A stretch of DNA of 64,000 bases from Rhina ancylostomus. Lineage: Eukaryota. The notes under the pieces are model-generated. The model was given only the letters and a program-made list of their open reading frames with translations. It had not been told where the DNA came from and did no database searches. The position numbers and the translations under genes are program-made. This document shows, one piece after another, positions 50,516-63,609 of the stretch (positions within the stretch are counted from its first letter, which is position 1; every line of letters starts with the position of its first letter). The stretch is taken from the NCBI GenBank assembly GCA_030265395.1, contig JARFYF010000059.1, positions 22,028,161-22,092,160 of the forward strand. The letters are read 5' to 3'.

Positions 50516-52569
50516 TTTAGTATGAATTGTAGTACAGTATAACATAAAATACACTGTTCTCTGGTTAATACATATTCTAATATGCTGTGTAAATCCAGGC
50601 TGCAGCATTCAGTTGTAGCTGTTACTGCTGCTCATTGTCATTCTACTCAGTATAACTCCCTCTGGACCCATGCAGGTCACTGACGTTTATTAAAACCTCA
50701 GATTAATAGCTATGGGAAAAGACATTTTCACAAACATGATAAATATTAATAATAATCAATATTAACTTACATTTGCTAAATTGAGCTACAAACAATACCC
50801 AAGGGTGAATTTTCTCCAGAATCCGCAGCTGTCTGGAGAAGTAAGGGAGAAGGGATGAGGGACAAGGGTGTTGAAACATTATAAAAGAAAATGTCGACCC
50901 TATTTCCCTAGGAGGAGAACAATAGACTTCTCCATGATTTTTATGTGTGAATTGTGATAACAACAAGGAAACTGAAGAGGAAGCAAAATGTTTATTTGGG
51001 CTTTGAGCTGTGTGTAGTACTTTTGCATTATTGTTCTATCCTGTTTTTGTTTTTAGTTATTTTTAGAAAATAACGTATTTCTCACTGAGGGAACAAGAAA
51101 AAATTGTTGACAAAGAACAAATACATTCTGATTTTCTTCCTGGATTCTTTTTTTACTCCAGCCCTTAAAGCACTGACTGATATTCATTTCTGGTTCTCAC
51201 AGATGTAAGATAAGGTACATGGATAGAGAGAGCTGAATTTTATTTTGAATATTTGAGCAAATCTTTCCCTATCCACTTCTGAATATCCATGCACAGAATC
51301 ATAGTAGGTGGGGGAACTCCAGCTGATTTCCATCCTTCTCCAACCAAAGAATGTTAAATGTTGTTCCACAACATAGGCCAACATACTTATCAAAGACCTG
51401 GGATTTATACTGCATCACCATGGCTCAAAATAACAATTATTTACTGAACCGTCAGGGTAGTACGCAAAAACAAATAATGAAGTGATTTACCCAAGAGGTT
51501 CCATCTCACAATGTTACACAGTTCCAAGTGGGGAAAAAAGCTACAGTTACTCTCTCTACCAGAATTTTTGATTAACTATGAAGAACATGAAACTAGAAGA
51601 AAACCCAAAGGGCAAGAATATGTTTCTAACATAAATTTCAAATCCCATGCCTTACAACACTTCACTGAAAACTTGGATCAGGGCCCCCTTCAACAAAAAT
51701 TAATTCTGTTCTAGGTCCCATGAGATGACTTTCATTATTCTTCTTTCAGCCTTGAACATTTTATTGATGCCTTTCAATATTAAGATGCTAAAATGGTACA
51801 CAGTACACTCCTCTACCCTCTTCCCCTGTCGTCCCTCTCTCCTGAAGCCACTGTTCCTTTGGTGGGACACAGTTTGAAAGATACTAAGTAACCTTTCGGT
51901 ACCTTATCCACATTGTACCCCTGTGAGCCTGGAAGGTTCTTCACTTCAAAAGGATTTAATACTGTGGATTGATGTCATTTGACCTCTACCTAATGCAGAC
52001 ATTGTCATATTGTGAACTGGAAAAAGAAAATGCTGGAAATAATGGAGAAGCTCCCTTAGGATGTAACATGAAAAAGAATTTTCATTGTTTGCAACAAGGA
52101 ATAGTTGTGTGATGGAAGAACCTCATCCAAAGCACTAATCTGTCATTCTTCCATAAAGGTATTGTAAAATAAGCTGCATATTACCTGAGTTTTCTGCCTT
52201 TTGTTACAATTACGATTATTAATTACAGAAATTACTATTTTTGCCCTCATAGGAGATATTTTAATAATCATTGTGATCATATGAAATAACATTCTGTATA
52301 TACTTTTAATAATTGACGCAGAGTTTATATCATAGGATTTCAGAAGGGACAGACTTTCCACAACTCGGCTTTATATTCTTGTTAAAGCATAGAAGATCAG
52401 GACACCTCGTCCCTTCCACAGCTGAGTGCAAAGCCTCAAGTGCACAATTAGGTCTAAGACTCTCAGAGGGATGGGTCTTCAACAAATTCACTACAACATG
52501 TGTGGAAATTCTGTGCCAAATTCATCTCATTCCCACACTACCTTCCCAATCTAGTATGCCGAGGAAATC

Positions 52570-52802
52570 TAGGATGGACTCTTGAGCTCACAATCTACCT
52601 TGTCATGGCCTTGCACTTTATTGTCTGCCTGCACTGCAGTTTTTCCGTAACTGTAATACTATATTCTACATTCTGTTATTGTTTTTCTTTGTACTACCTC
52701 AATGTACTGATGTGATGAAATGATCTGAATGGATGGCATGCAAAACAAAATTGTTCATGGTACCTCAGTACATGTGACAATATAAACCAATTCCCAATTA
52801 CC
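52570..52802 (+). mobile_element. Rex1-like LINE 3' UTR
   Basis: atggactcttgagctcacaatctacc...gtacctcagtacatgtgacaatataaaccaattcccaatt, ending in a short repeated tail. Confidence 0.65.
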
Positions 52803-52887
52803 TAGAAATTCACCCACAACTGATTCATTACAATTTGTAGCCAGCATTATGAATTCCATTTAATTACATTATCTGGGATTAACTTCT

Positions 52888-53302
52888 TTCTTTTCTTTTT
52901 CAATCTTTTTTATTAGTTTTCAAATCAATACAGATTAGTATATAGCATCAATGTTCATACATGTATNNNNNNNNNNNNNNNNNNNNNNNNNNNNNNNNNN
53001 NNNNNNNNNNNNNNNNNNNNNNNNNNNNNNNNNNNNNNNNNNNNNNNNNNNNNNNNNNNNNNNNNNAAAAACATTTTGTAGGTCCAAAGATCTATTATTT
53101 AATGAATAGAGTATAAAAGAAAGGAAAGAAAAAGATATTTATTATATAAATTTAAAAAAAAGAAAAAGAAAACCCCAAATCAAAAAAAAATTATAAACAA
53201 TGTAAACTAAACTAAGCAAACAAAAATAATGAAAAACAAAAAAAAGCTGGGCCAAAATTCCTCAATAGAAACAGAGCAATATTATGTCGTCAACTCCGTT
53301 CC
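52888..53302 (-). mobile_element. 5'-truncated L1-type retroposed insertion with 16-bp TSD
   Basis: Flanked by identical tctgggattaacttct at 52872-52887 and 53303-53318. The minus strand ends AATAAAAAAGATTGAAAAAGAAAAGAA. Confidence 0.85.
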
Positions 53303-53809
53303 TCTGGGATTAACTTCTATGTAATAAAATATTTAAAGCACCTATTATATTCATGCATCAGAAAATCAACATTATTTTCATTTACCTCTTACTAATTTAA
53401 TATTCTAAAATGTAGGTCATTATGTTTTTATTATGGAATCTAACATTTAAGCTGCATGTTTCATTCCATTGTTTCCATATTTAAAATTGCTGCCTATATC
53501 AGAGACTATTAAGGCCCTGGGTTGTGCACTGATTTCTTCTTCCAAAATTAGTATACACAGCCATCAAACCAAAACATGAAGAACTAAGAAAGAGAGAAAA
53601 CAAGTTAGTCTAGGTGGGGGCGGAATTTCTCTAACTGGGTGAAATAATGTAACCATTAAGGGCCAGTTAAGCTCCTTTGTCTGTGTAATGTGTTGTTAAT
53701 GTTGTAAAGTCCGCGTAATAATGTGTAGTCAGATCTACTGGGACATGCGCAGGAGGCCGGAATGTACAAATTTGAGAAATAAAATAGCCTGTCCTGATAC
53801 AAACAGAAA

Positions 53810-54060
53810 AATGAACAAGTTATCTAAAGTTAAAGAAATTGTTATTGAGTTCTGGAAGCTGCCACGTGTCCAGATGAAAATTGAGGTGTTGTTCCTCATG
53901 TTTGCATCAAGCGTCATCGCAAAATACAGGAGGCTACAGACAGAGATGCCAGAGTGGGAGTAGGATGAGGAATTAAAGTGGCAGACACGTGAGAACTCCT
54001 GCCGATTAAGAGTTCCGCAAAGTGATCACCCAATCTGTATTTGGTTACTCTGATGTCCAT
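53810..54060 (-). mobile_element. Penelope-like GIY-YIG C-terminal fragment
   Basis: ggtgttgttcctca...gaattaaagtggcagaca is shared with 7170-7280. Confidence 0.75.
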
Positions 54061-54294
54061 AATGTTCCTCTACATTAATCCCTTCTTTTTTCTTTAATAT
54101 GTATACTCTGTCTTGCTGGGCAAATCCCAGTAAACCAGACTATACAATATTACCCAGAATTTCTACATTAGCAACACATTACACAGAGAAAGGAGCTTAA
54201 CTGCCCCTTAATGGCTGCATTATTTCACTCTAATTCCCTTTGTTCCACCCAGTGCCTACCCTCCAAACTAACTTCTCTGCTAACTGGAGTAATT

Positions 54295-54445
54295 TGTTTT
54301 CTCTTTTTCTCAGTTCTGATGAAATGTCCCATAGCTGAAATGTTAACCGTTTCTCTATCCATTGATGCTGCCTGACCTGCTGAGATTTTCCAGTATTTTC
54401 TGTTTTTATTTCAGATTTCCAGCAACTGCATTTTTAATGATTTTC
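54295..54445 (+). mobile_element. Penelope-like terminus with hammerhead motif (54311-54349)
   Basis: CAGTT-CTGATGA-AATGTCCCATAGCT-GAAATGTT-AACCG, then gatgctgcctgacctgctgag...ttccagca. Confidence 0.8.
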
Positions 54446-54589
54446 AGAAATATGTAGATCCCTTTGAGATCTTCAATGAATATTGATATTTCCAGAGGGC
54501 CCTCATCACATACTGACAAATTCACAGACATCGTCTACAAATGCACATGCGTTCATGTAGACCCCATGAAAATGCTAACGCACCCTGAA

Positions 54590-54785
54590 GAACCTCCTGC
54601 AAACATTGGCACAACCTAGGGTTCCTTTGGGTGAAAGCCAATCTGTAACACATTCCTGGTGCCTTTTTGCAAATACTTGTGCATTTCCAGGTCCACTTGC
54701 AAATATTGACACATTGCTAGGGATTCCTCCCCAGAAATACTGACTCCCAGGGACAATTAAAAGACCATTAACTATCCCAGGAGAA
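54590..54785. repeat. Degenerate ~29-bp minisatellite
   Basis: Recurring tgcaaacattggcacaacctaggg / tgcaaatacttgtgcatttccagg / tgcaaatattgacacattgctaggg. Confidence 0.55.
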
Positions 54786-55424
54786 TGATACTATGGTTGC
54801 AGAAAACATATTTATTCATGTATAACAAGAGAAATAACATGTTAATAAGTGAATAAATGCAGAAAACTCAAGACATTCTCTGCGCTCAAAGTATGTCTGA
54901 CTCAAAATGATCGATCTATAGCCTCAGAGATCCCTGTTCATTTACCTGGGGTAAATGACTCTGGTTTGATAAGCTTTCACTTATATCCAGTACATTCAGA
55001 TACAGGCTAGGACTTTATATGGTCATAAATTTCTATATTCCAGTTTACTGACTAGTCATCCTGATCTATATTAAAAACCCCTACTTAGGGTGCTATGCGA
55101 CCTAGTATAGGGGCTCCAATGTTTGTGTTACAGGCTGGTGCCTTCCCATCTCCTCCTGTTTTTAATGTCGCTCCAGGCTAAACTGGTGAAATGACCTAGT
55201 GTGCAACTGTAATTTTTATCAAGGCTTGTTTTCTCAAAAAATCTCTTTGTTTCAAAGAAATGTGATTTACTTCTCCTGTTCTCTTTTATTCAGTGGTTAA
55301 TACATATCTGCCATTGCCCCTTGGGCTATGAAAGGTATTTTTGCTTCCTCTGCAACTCAACCCCTGCTGTTCCTACAATCATATCTGACTCTCACTGCAA
55401 ACAGCAATTACTGTCTGCTACTCA

Positions 55425-55595
55425 CAGTCTCGGTTGGTAAACACACTGGCCATGTGGGACGTAGCCATTCAATTCTTGAAGGTCCCTGGTTCAATTCCCT
55501 AGTCTGCTACAAGTTAGCTGATCCCAGTCAGGGTGGCAATAGGAATGTTACAATTGGTCTCATGTTTCCAGAGCTGCAGAGTGGAGAGGGGTGAA
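55425..55595 (+). mobile_element. tRNA-headed SINE 5' fragment (unclassified)
   Basis: Box-A-like ctcggttggtaa and box-B-like ggttcaattcc, then gttagctgatcccagtcaggg...tacaattgg. Confidence 0.5.
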
Positions 55596-55596
55596 A

Positions 55597-55900
55597 GAAG
55601 AAGAAAGACTTGCAATTATGCAGCCTCTCCTAGGATGTTCCAGAGATCTTTATAGCCACTGAGTATTTTTGAATTAAGTTATTGTGGTAATGTAGGAAAT
55701 GTGCAGCCAATTTTCATACAGCAAGCTCCCACTTCAATAGTGTGATAAAGACAAGATTATCAATATTTTTAGTGTTATTAACTAAAGATTAAGCATTGGC
55801 CAAAACATTGGGGAAAACTCCCTTGCTCTTGTTTCAATGGTGCCATTGGGTTTTATACATCTACCTAAGGCTGCAGCCTTCAGTTATGGTTTGGTCCATA
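55597..55900 (-). mobile_element. Deu-domain SINE
   Basis: agaaagacttgca...tgtaggaaatgtgcagccaatt...cagcaagctcccac...gggaaaactcccttgctcttg is the reverse complement of the Deu-SINE. Confidence 0.8.
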
Positions 55901-56559
55901 CAAAAAGAAAACTGACAGACAGCCGAAAACCTGTGATCAGATTTCTGAAATGGAATTTGAACCCCATAAATTCTGACAGTTCCTGCAGTAAGTCCATAGG
56001 ACAAATAAACTGCAAACTTTCTTGCTTTTTATTTCCAACCAATGACATGCAGTGAAGGATCCAGGCATTAGACCATTAGTAAAATACTACACACACAAGT
56101 GAAGAATAAAATCAAGTGCAGAAATCAGAAATTTGAAAATAACCAATAAGATCAAACAATTATGAGAGAAGAATGAAAATTATCAATATTGTAAAACACA
56201 CAAATCAATTTTGTAGTGGTTAAAGATTTAGTATAAACATCATTTGAATGTTGGGGTTGTACAGTTACAAATTTGTCTTGCAATAATGAATTTCCACAAA
56301 GTCTCACCTTTTCGTAAAAACCTGCCAGTCCTTGTCAAAATGATGCTGTTGCAAACCTCTGGGCACAAAGCCTAGACCACTGTCAGGGATGCTCTGGGAT
56401 GAGATGAAGTCAGCTGGATTGCTAACTTCTGTGACTGATAGCAGGCAGGATAGCAAAACTCTTTTAACCCTTTTGCATTTGACTATTACTTGCATTAATA
56501 CACTGCCTTAAACATGGAGACACATTCCAATTCATCATACAGGAAAAAAATTTAGCATC

Positions 56560-56703
56560 AGAACACACAGGTATGTGGGAGGAAACTTGCATAGTCACAT
56601 GGAGAATGTGCAAACTTGATACTGATTGCATCAGTGGCTAAGATTGAACCTGGGTCAGTGGAACTGATTCAGCAGCTCCACTAGTTGCACTAATATACCA
56701 TCC
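56560..56703 (-). mobile_element. HE1-like V-SINE 5' part
   Basis: tgtgggaggaaac...gtcacatggagaatgtgcaaact...gattgaacctgggtc. Confidence 0.75.
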
Positions 56704-56864
56704 TAAGAGATGAGTATATTGCGCTGTTTCCTTAAATTTGCATTGACTGATATGTTTCTTTTACTTTAATGGTAGTTTTTCCAAACATATTCTGGTTCAC
56801 CAGTAGATTACAGAAATTTATTTGAAAGTTATAGAAGCCAGGACTTGCTTTGCAAGCTCCAAAT

Positions 56865-57300
56865 TAACTAGCATAGTGTCAGCTGTGGCTTTTCTGTTGC
56901 ACCCTTGCTACTTCATCAAAAGGACTTCGATTCAAGTCCCACACCAGAGATTAAATCATTATTACCTGGACTGTTCATCCCATGCAATGCTGAAGAAGTT
57001 ACAGGTGTCAAATTTCAGATAAAATGTTAAATTAGAGGTATTTCTTCAATCTCAGGTTGATTTAAATACCCAGAAGATTATTTTAAAGAATAGTAAGGGA
57101 ATTTTTCCGGAGCCCTGGCCAAAATTAGTCTTCAACCAAGGACACTATAAATAAATCATCTGACCATTCTCTCATTCATATTAATGGAAGCATATACATT
57201 TTTTGCTGCATTCCTCTGTATTGTAATAGCGATGACATTTTGAAAGTGGTTCACTATCTAAAAGCATCTAGTGAAAGATAATGGAGATAGTGAAAATATT
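56865..57300 (+). mobile_element. Deu-domain SINE
   Basis: ttcaagtcccacaccagaga...tttcagataaaatgttaaa...ccctggccaaaatt. Confidence 0.7.
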
Positions 57301-60300
57301 ATTTCATTTGAAATGTAGTTGCGAAACATGAAAGCACTTTATTATGTGATATGTTAAAATACCTGGTGGTGGAAAAGAGGAAGGTGACACTCTCCCCCCG
57401 ATCCCTACCTCATTCCCCTACATTGTATTATTCCGTTGTCCTTATTAATAATTTGTGGGATGCTGTAAATATCTGTGCACATAATCCATGAAGTGCTAAT
57501 GATGTTATGGGTCTGAGCACAGTGTCATTAACTTATCAACACATTCAGTTTTGTAGTAACCTTCCTCCTGGTGTCCAAGTTCAAGAGCTAGCTCCACTCT
57601 TTATCTCTCCTTAATTTTTCTAAGGCAAAAAAAGTTGGTGAGATAATTTGATGTCACTTGGGCAACATATTCCCCATGTACACAATGCTTATGAATCTCA
57701 ACAACATAATCAGATGTTCATTTTTCTGTTTTTGGTAATTGCATCCTTTTCACTGTTATGACAATGCATTCAACAGAAGTAAGCAGCTTCAAATCAGCAT
57801 CATTAATGTCAATACCACACAGGTTTTATAAATATTTCAAATGTTTCATGACTAGTTTTGGTTAAGAACATATAAATTGTCAAAAAGATAATCACAGCAG
57901 TCCCTGAAGAAATCTTATGAAGGAGCTATGGTGCTGTCAGGTAGTTTTAAAGTTCACATGGTACTATTCAGGGTGTATACCCAAAGCCTAGATCAACATA
58001 TCTCCCTCATCTAGCATCCAGAAATAAAATTATCATCTATCTCATTTACTGTTTTTAAGATGTTGCTGATATAAAGTAATCCCACAGTTGCCCATCACCC
58101 TCTAAAGTGTGAGTCATTGTCCATGAAATAACTTCAGATGTGTAGATGATGTAATGTTTTAACGTGTGGATAAACTTCATAATGAAAACAGAGATTTTGA
58201 AATTACACAGATACTTTCAAATATACACCAAATATTTATTGAATGTTTGGAGGGATAAAAATTATACTATATTTTGAAAATAGTTAACAAACTATAGTAT
58301 TTTGATAGAGCAAAGCTGAGAGAAGGTCTGAACAGAATGAACATTAATAGTACATTTACAAGATATTTAAAGAAACAAAGGAGCCATGCAGGTGAGTATT
58401 AAAGAGCTGTGCTAAAGCAAACATGACTGTCTCACTAAATGCTGAATACATATGTTTTACTTTCCCCTGTGGCTGAGAGATCAGGTCTGCAGTCTCCCAT
58501 GCTCACTCTATAGCTTCATTTAGCAAACCACTGAAAAAATTCATTAATTTTTATTAACAGAGAAAGCCATTTGTCCCTGCAACAATATTTGACTTGTCTA
58601 AATGATTTTCACCTCTGCCATAAGGTATAGGCTCGGCACATATATCACCCGATTACTCTGAGACTAGTGACTCTCAGTCATTAGTGAGTGAATTAGAGAT
58701 GATATAAAGTGCTATTAATCACCTTGACAAAAGCCTTAACGTTTCTGTGACCTGACCAGGCTTGGGGGACAGGGAGAAGCCTGAACCGTGCCACTGAGAA
58801 ATGAGCATTTGCTGGTCAGGCAGAAAAATAAAGAAAATTAGAAAGTCACCGACAATGAACTCAGAGCTAGCAGGGAAAATTGGATAAGGAGGAGGGCGAG
58901 AGGAAAGGCATCTCGCTTCAGGCTTTGAAACTGCATTCTGGAACGGTGGCCTCCATTCCTAGCTGAAGGTTTCTCAGATGCATCATGTTTATACGATTCA
59001 TTGGCTACCAATGGCCATTAATGACAAAATGCTTTGTCTTAATTTACAACTCTTTATTGACATGACCCTCTAATTATATGGAAGGTGAGGATATTTAAAG
59101 GGCCTCCTGAAGGCAACAATTGCTTATCGATGCCTCGATTTTCTGGCTACTCTTTGTTATGGATTTTCATACCTACCCCTCCTCAGGATGGAAAGGCAAG
59201 TCTCCAAACACCTGCCCAACTGAATCTCTCCACAGCCACATCAAGTTCAATTATTGGTTTGTTGTGAGTACACAGTAATGAGAGTTCATTATCCTCTATT
59301 TTTCTACAGAGTGGTCCAGCTAAATTCCTCCCATGTAAAGAACACAGTGAGTTAGGCATAACTAGCAGATCCATGAAACAAATTCATATTGGTCCCAAAT
59401 ACCAGTCCAACTGCAAATGACAATTAGTACAGCAAACATGTGTAAGGTGTGAAATGGATTTTATTGTCTCTGTTTCAGATTCTCTCCCTTCCTGAGAACA
59501 CAGAGAACTGGCTTTGAATTTGCTAGCTACAGCCCCCAGAACTTGCTAATTTGCTAGATATTATGCATCAACTGAGAAAGTGAGCATTCCACCACAAATG
59601 CTGGGCAGAATTCTTTTGAATCCACAATTTATACAAGGCCACTGTTCAAGAGGAACCTCCAGATTCTGCCTAGGGAGTTCCAGAATTTCCCCTCCTTAAT
59701 TTAAGGGTCCTGAGGCCAAGTCAAATCAATTAACAACATAGGTAATAAATTGAACCTGTGATCTGAGATCTTCCTGATCTGTACCATTCTATACCAGGTA
59801 ATGCTTTTAAGCATCTAAGCAACACAGCAATGTACCTGTACTATTTACAAAAGGAAGTCTAACTATAGATTTAATACTGAGGAGTAAGTCTGGATCTTGA
59901 ATAATAGGGAGCTAGTCTGCCCCTTTAATAATGGTGAGTGAGACTATCCTTTTAACGTATTGTGTATTTACAAATAGATAGCACCTTTTATAACTACAGG
60001 TTCTGAAAAAAATTCACAACTTGTTTGAAACAGTCCTCTCTGAGAAAGGCAAAGTTCTTGGGATCTTTGTGTTCCAAAACACAATGTGGAATCCAAATTG
60101 TTGGCAGTATTGATCCAATTGTGTAAGATTATTCATGAAATCTGCCTATTATATAGTAAGAAAATAAAAATGAGATTCACAGCATTGCTAGGAGATTGAG
60201 GCCAATCTAGAAGGTCCAGCCAAGGAACAACTGAATATAAAAATACCAAAACATTATTCACAGGGAAGTGAGTGAAATAATTGCACTATTATATCTGTGT

Positions 60301-60489
60301 TAAAGTCATCTTGAGGATGCTTCACAGAATGAGTGATGGAGTTCAATCACTCATAAACTAAAGCAGAATTTGAAGTAAGAACCGAAAATGCTGGAAACAC
60401 TCACCAGGTCAGGCAGCAACTGTGGGAAAAGAACTCTATACTCTATTCATTGGCTTGGTCCTGGTGTGCCAATGTTTTATATTGTTTCC

Positions 60490-60962
60490 TCAGAATAAGT
60501 CTGACGGCCATGGTTTTAAGCACCAGTTCAGATATTTAAACACAAAAGCTAGGGACTGCGTAACTGATGTAACTGTAGTCCTTTGGATGAGCTCTTAAAC
60601 CTGTTCTTTGAGTAGATGCGAAAAATTCTTTGATATTATTTGAAGAAAACCAGGGGAGTTCTCCCTGACATCTTAATCAATATTTATCCCTTCACCAACA
60701 TAACTAAAACAGATCATCTGATCATTATGATATTGTTATTTGCAGGGCCTTGCAGTGCACATATTAGCTCCTACATTTTCAACTTTACATCAGTAACAAT
60801 ATTTCAAAAATACTTAGCGTAACACACAAAATGCTGGAGGAACTTATCAGATCAGGCAGCATCTATGGAGGGTTGTTTCTCCATTTTCAAGAATACTTCA
60901 TTGGCTATAAAGTGCTTTGGGACTATATGAGACTATGAAAGCCTCCCTAAAATAGAAATTCT
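60490..60962 (+). mobile_element. Deu-domain SINE with nested Penelope terminus (60820-60870)
   Basis: ggggagttctccctgacatcttaatcaatatttatcccttcaccaacat...; insert acacacaaaatgctggaggaac...gcagcatctatggag. Confidence 0.8.
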
Positions 60963-61179
60963 TTCACCTCAATGGTAAACTTGCCAATCCTGCTGACACT
61001 TGTACCTCAGAGCACATTTTTTTTGCCTGGTTCTTTCACCACTAGTGTTAACAAAATTGGTGCAGTTACCATTGCAAAACTTAGTGCAAAATGAAGCTAT
61101 TCATTCCATTATGTGCTTGCCAAACAAAAGAAGATTTAGTCCCGCTTGCCTGCTCTTGGCAGGTAGTCCTGGAGGTTAT

Positions 61180-61570
61180 GGCATTTCAAGTTGTTAAATG
61201 TGATGGTTATTGCCTCCACCACTAATTCAGGCACTGAATTCTAAAACCTATCAATCTCTAGCTAAAAATAATTGTCTCAATCTTTCTACCAGTTATTTAA
61301 ATCAAGTTCTTGTAATTACTGATGTCTCCCACTCAGGGAAATAGTTCACCTTTGATAGGGCTGACCATACCTTGATCGATTCTCCTCTTAGTCACCTTTG
61401 TTCCAAAAAAGAAAACCCCAACTTGGGTCAATCTGTCCAAAAAACACAAATTTTCCTTCCCTGGAAATATCCTTTGTACCTTTTTTAGTGTTATCATATC
61501 CTTCATGAAGTGTAACCAGAAATGCATATGGTAGAACTGTGGTTTTATACAATTTCAGCATGACCTACTT
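61180..61570 (-). mobile_element. CR1-like LINE 3' fragment
   Basis: HFWLHFMKDMITLKKVQRIF...LDRLTQVGVF resembles QFWSPHYRKDI..LE.VQRRF...RL..LGLF. Confidence 0.65.
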
Positions 61571-62889
61571 TCCATATATTCTAACTCTCAAATCATTGTG
61601 GCTGACAATTATGCTGTAAACCAGATTGGCTTATTCAACTTTGAGAAATAAAGGGTTACATCTCCAGCAGCTCCAGTCCTACACTGCCCCCCACCCTCTC
61701 TCCACCCATTAAAAGCAGTTGAAATATGTCTGATAATTCTTCTCATCTGTGTTGCTCTTTGTTAGCTCAGTATCATGGCTGATGAATAGCTAAACTCTTA
61801 CAAGACCGTCTCCCATTTTCTTTAGCACTTACCCAGTGAGCTCTTGAATTGGTGTGAACAGTGATAAATGCAAGAATGAAATAAGAGATTTTTTTTGCTG
61901 TGTAAATCTTCTCTTCACATTATTAATTTAAAAAATCCATTATGCCGTCTCAGTATTGATATTATGATGATGAAAATGCCAGACCTGGATGAGCCGGCTT
62001 CAGGGGGAAATCAGTAATTTTTCGCTTGTCGACCAAAGATTGGTTTTGTCTGCAAGGAACTGATTTAAACAATTGCATTGAAAAGAGGCTAAAAAAAAAC
62101 AATGGACTGCTGACTTCAGACCTGAATGACAGGACTCCCAACTGAGGGTCTGAAGCCAATGCTAGTGAGAGGCAAAGTAGCAAAGGGGATGAAGGTTTTC
62201 TGACTTACTGCAGCTAACAGTGCTAATGATAACATTGCACTGGTTGTCTATTGCACGCCAGTTCTACTTGAAGACAATGGATGGAATATCAGCCAACTCA
62301 TACAATATGGCTGCCACCTGAAATCAAAAATTTCTGCACTTTTATTTTCTTCTCCATTTCCTTGCATATGCATTCCCTTGGGACTCAGTTTCACAAGTAC
62401 CAGCAGACATCTGGTACTAACCACTGAAGTGACCATCCTTCATGCTTGAGGCCAGGCCAAAACTATATTCCAGTCTAAACTATGATACAGTTTTATCCAT
62501 CCTACAGTATGCTTAAATCCACGACGTGTTCTGGAACGTCAGCCAAATCTCTCAACCTCCCAGCCCAGAAGCACCATGGCTTTTAAATTATATCATCCCT
62601 TGATCCGTCTTTGCATATTTAGATTCATTCAATTGTGATTTAAGGTGGCCACAATGTATGCCTAAAAATTGTTGGGGTTAATATGGTGATATTTGCTGTC
62701 TCGATACAGGACTTTTCATCCAGAAATGTTCATGCATTTAGTTTGTTTTAAGTTCTAAAACATAGTGGTCTTGATATACAATCAATATTTTTTGCATTGT
62801 AGATTTGAAATGGAAAACTCTAAAACTGTAGGATAGTGGCTGGGGTACAAGTCAACCAAGATGTTTTGTCTAAGATGGTGTCATGTTTT

Positions 62890-63608
62890 TTGAATGTTGC
62901 TGAAAATGTGAGGTTATCCACTTTGGTAGAAAACAGAAATTTTGAAATTGGGAAATGCTGTGATTCACAGGGAGCTGGGTGTCTTTGTACATAAGTCACT
63001 GAAAACTGTCATGTAGATACAGCAGGCAGTTAGGAAGGGGAATGGTATGTGGGTCTTCATTGCAAGAGGATTTGTGCACAAGAGTAAAACTGTCTTATTA
63101 AATTATAAGAAGCCTTGATGAGACCATACCTAGAGTATTGTGTACAATTTTGATCTCCTTACCTAACAAATGCAACAGAGGGAGTGCAGTAAAGATTCAC
63201 TGGACTGGTTCTTAGGATGACAAGTTTGACACGTGAGTAGAGAATTGTGTAAGCTCAGCCTCTATTCTTCAGAACTTAGAAGAATGAGACGGGACGTTAT
63301 TGAAAAATTCAAAATGCCTAGAGGCTTAATGGGTAGACACAGGGAAAATGTTTACCCTGGCTGAGGAGTCTTGAATGAAAGATCAGACTCTTGAAATAAG
63401 GGGAAGGCCACTTATGTCTGAAATGAGGAGAAATTCATCAGCAGGCTGTGGAGACTCAGTTATTGATTGGACTCGAGACTAAGGTTGCTATGTTTCTGGA
63501 TATAGAGATGGGCAAAAAATGGTTTTGAGGTAGAAGAATGGCCATGATCTTTCAGAATGGTGGAGGAGCCTTGAGGGGCTGAGTGGCCTACTTTTATGCT
63601 CAATCATT
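62890..63608 (+). mobile_element. CR1 LINE 3' 0.7 kb, decayed
   Basis: aaatgtgaggttatccactttggtag (KCEVIHFG), agaccatacctagagtattgtgtacaattt (RPxLEYCVQF), tail gaggggctgagtggcctact. Confidence 0.85.
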
Positions 63609-63609
63609 A

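Noticed and set aside
11960-54349. Selective inactivation of sense-strand hammerheads (three sense copies core-mutated, antisense copy core intact)
   Set aside because: Only four copies, and the antisense one has damaged stems II and III. Neutral decay explains the pattern.
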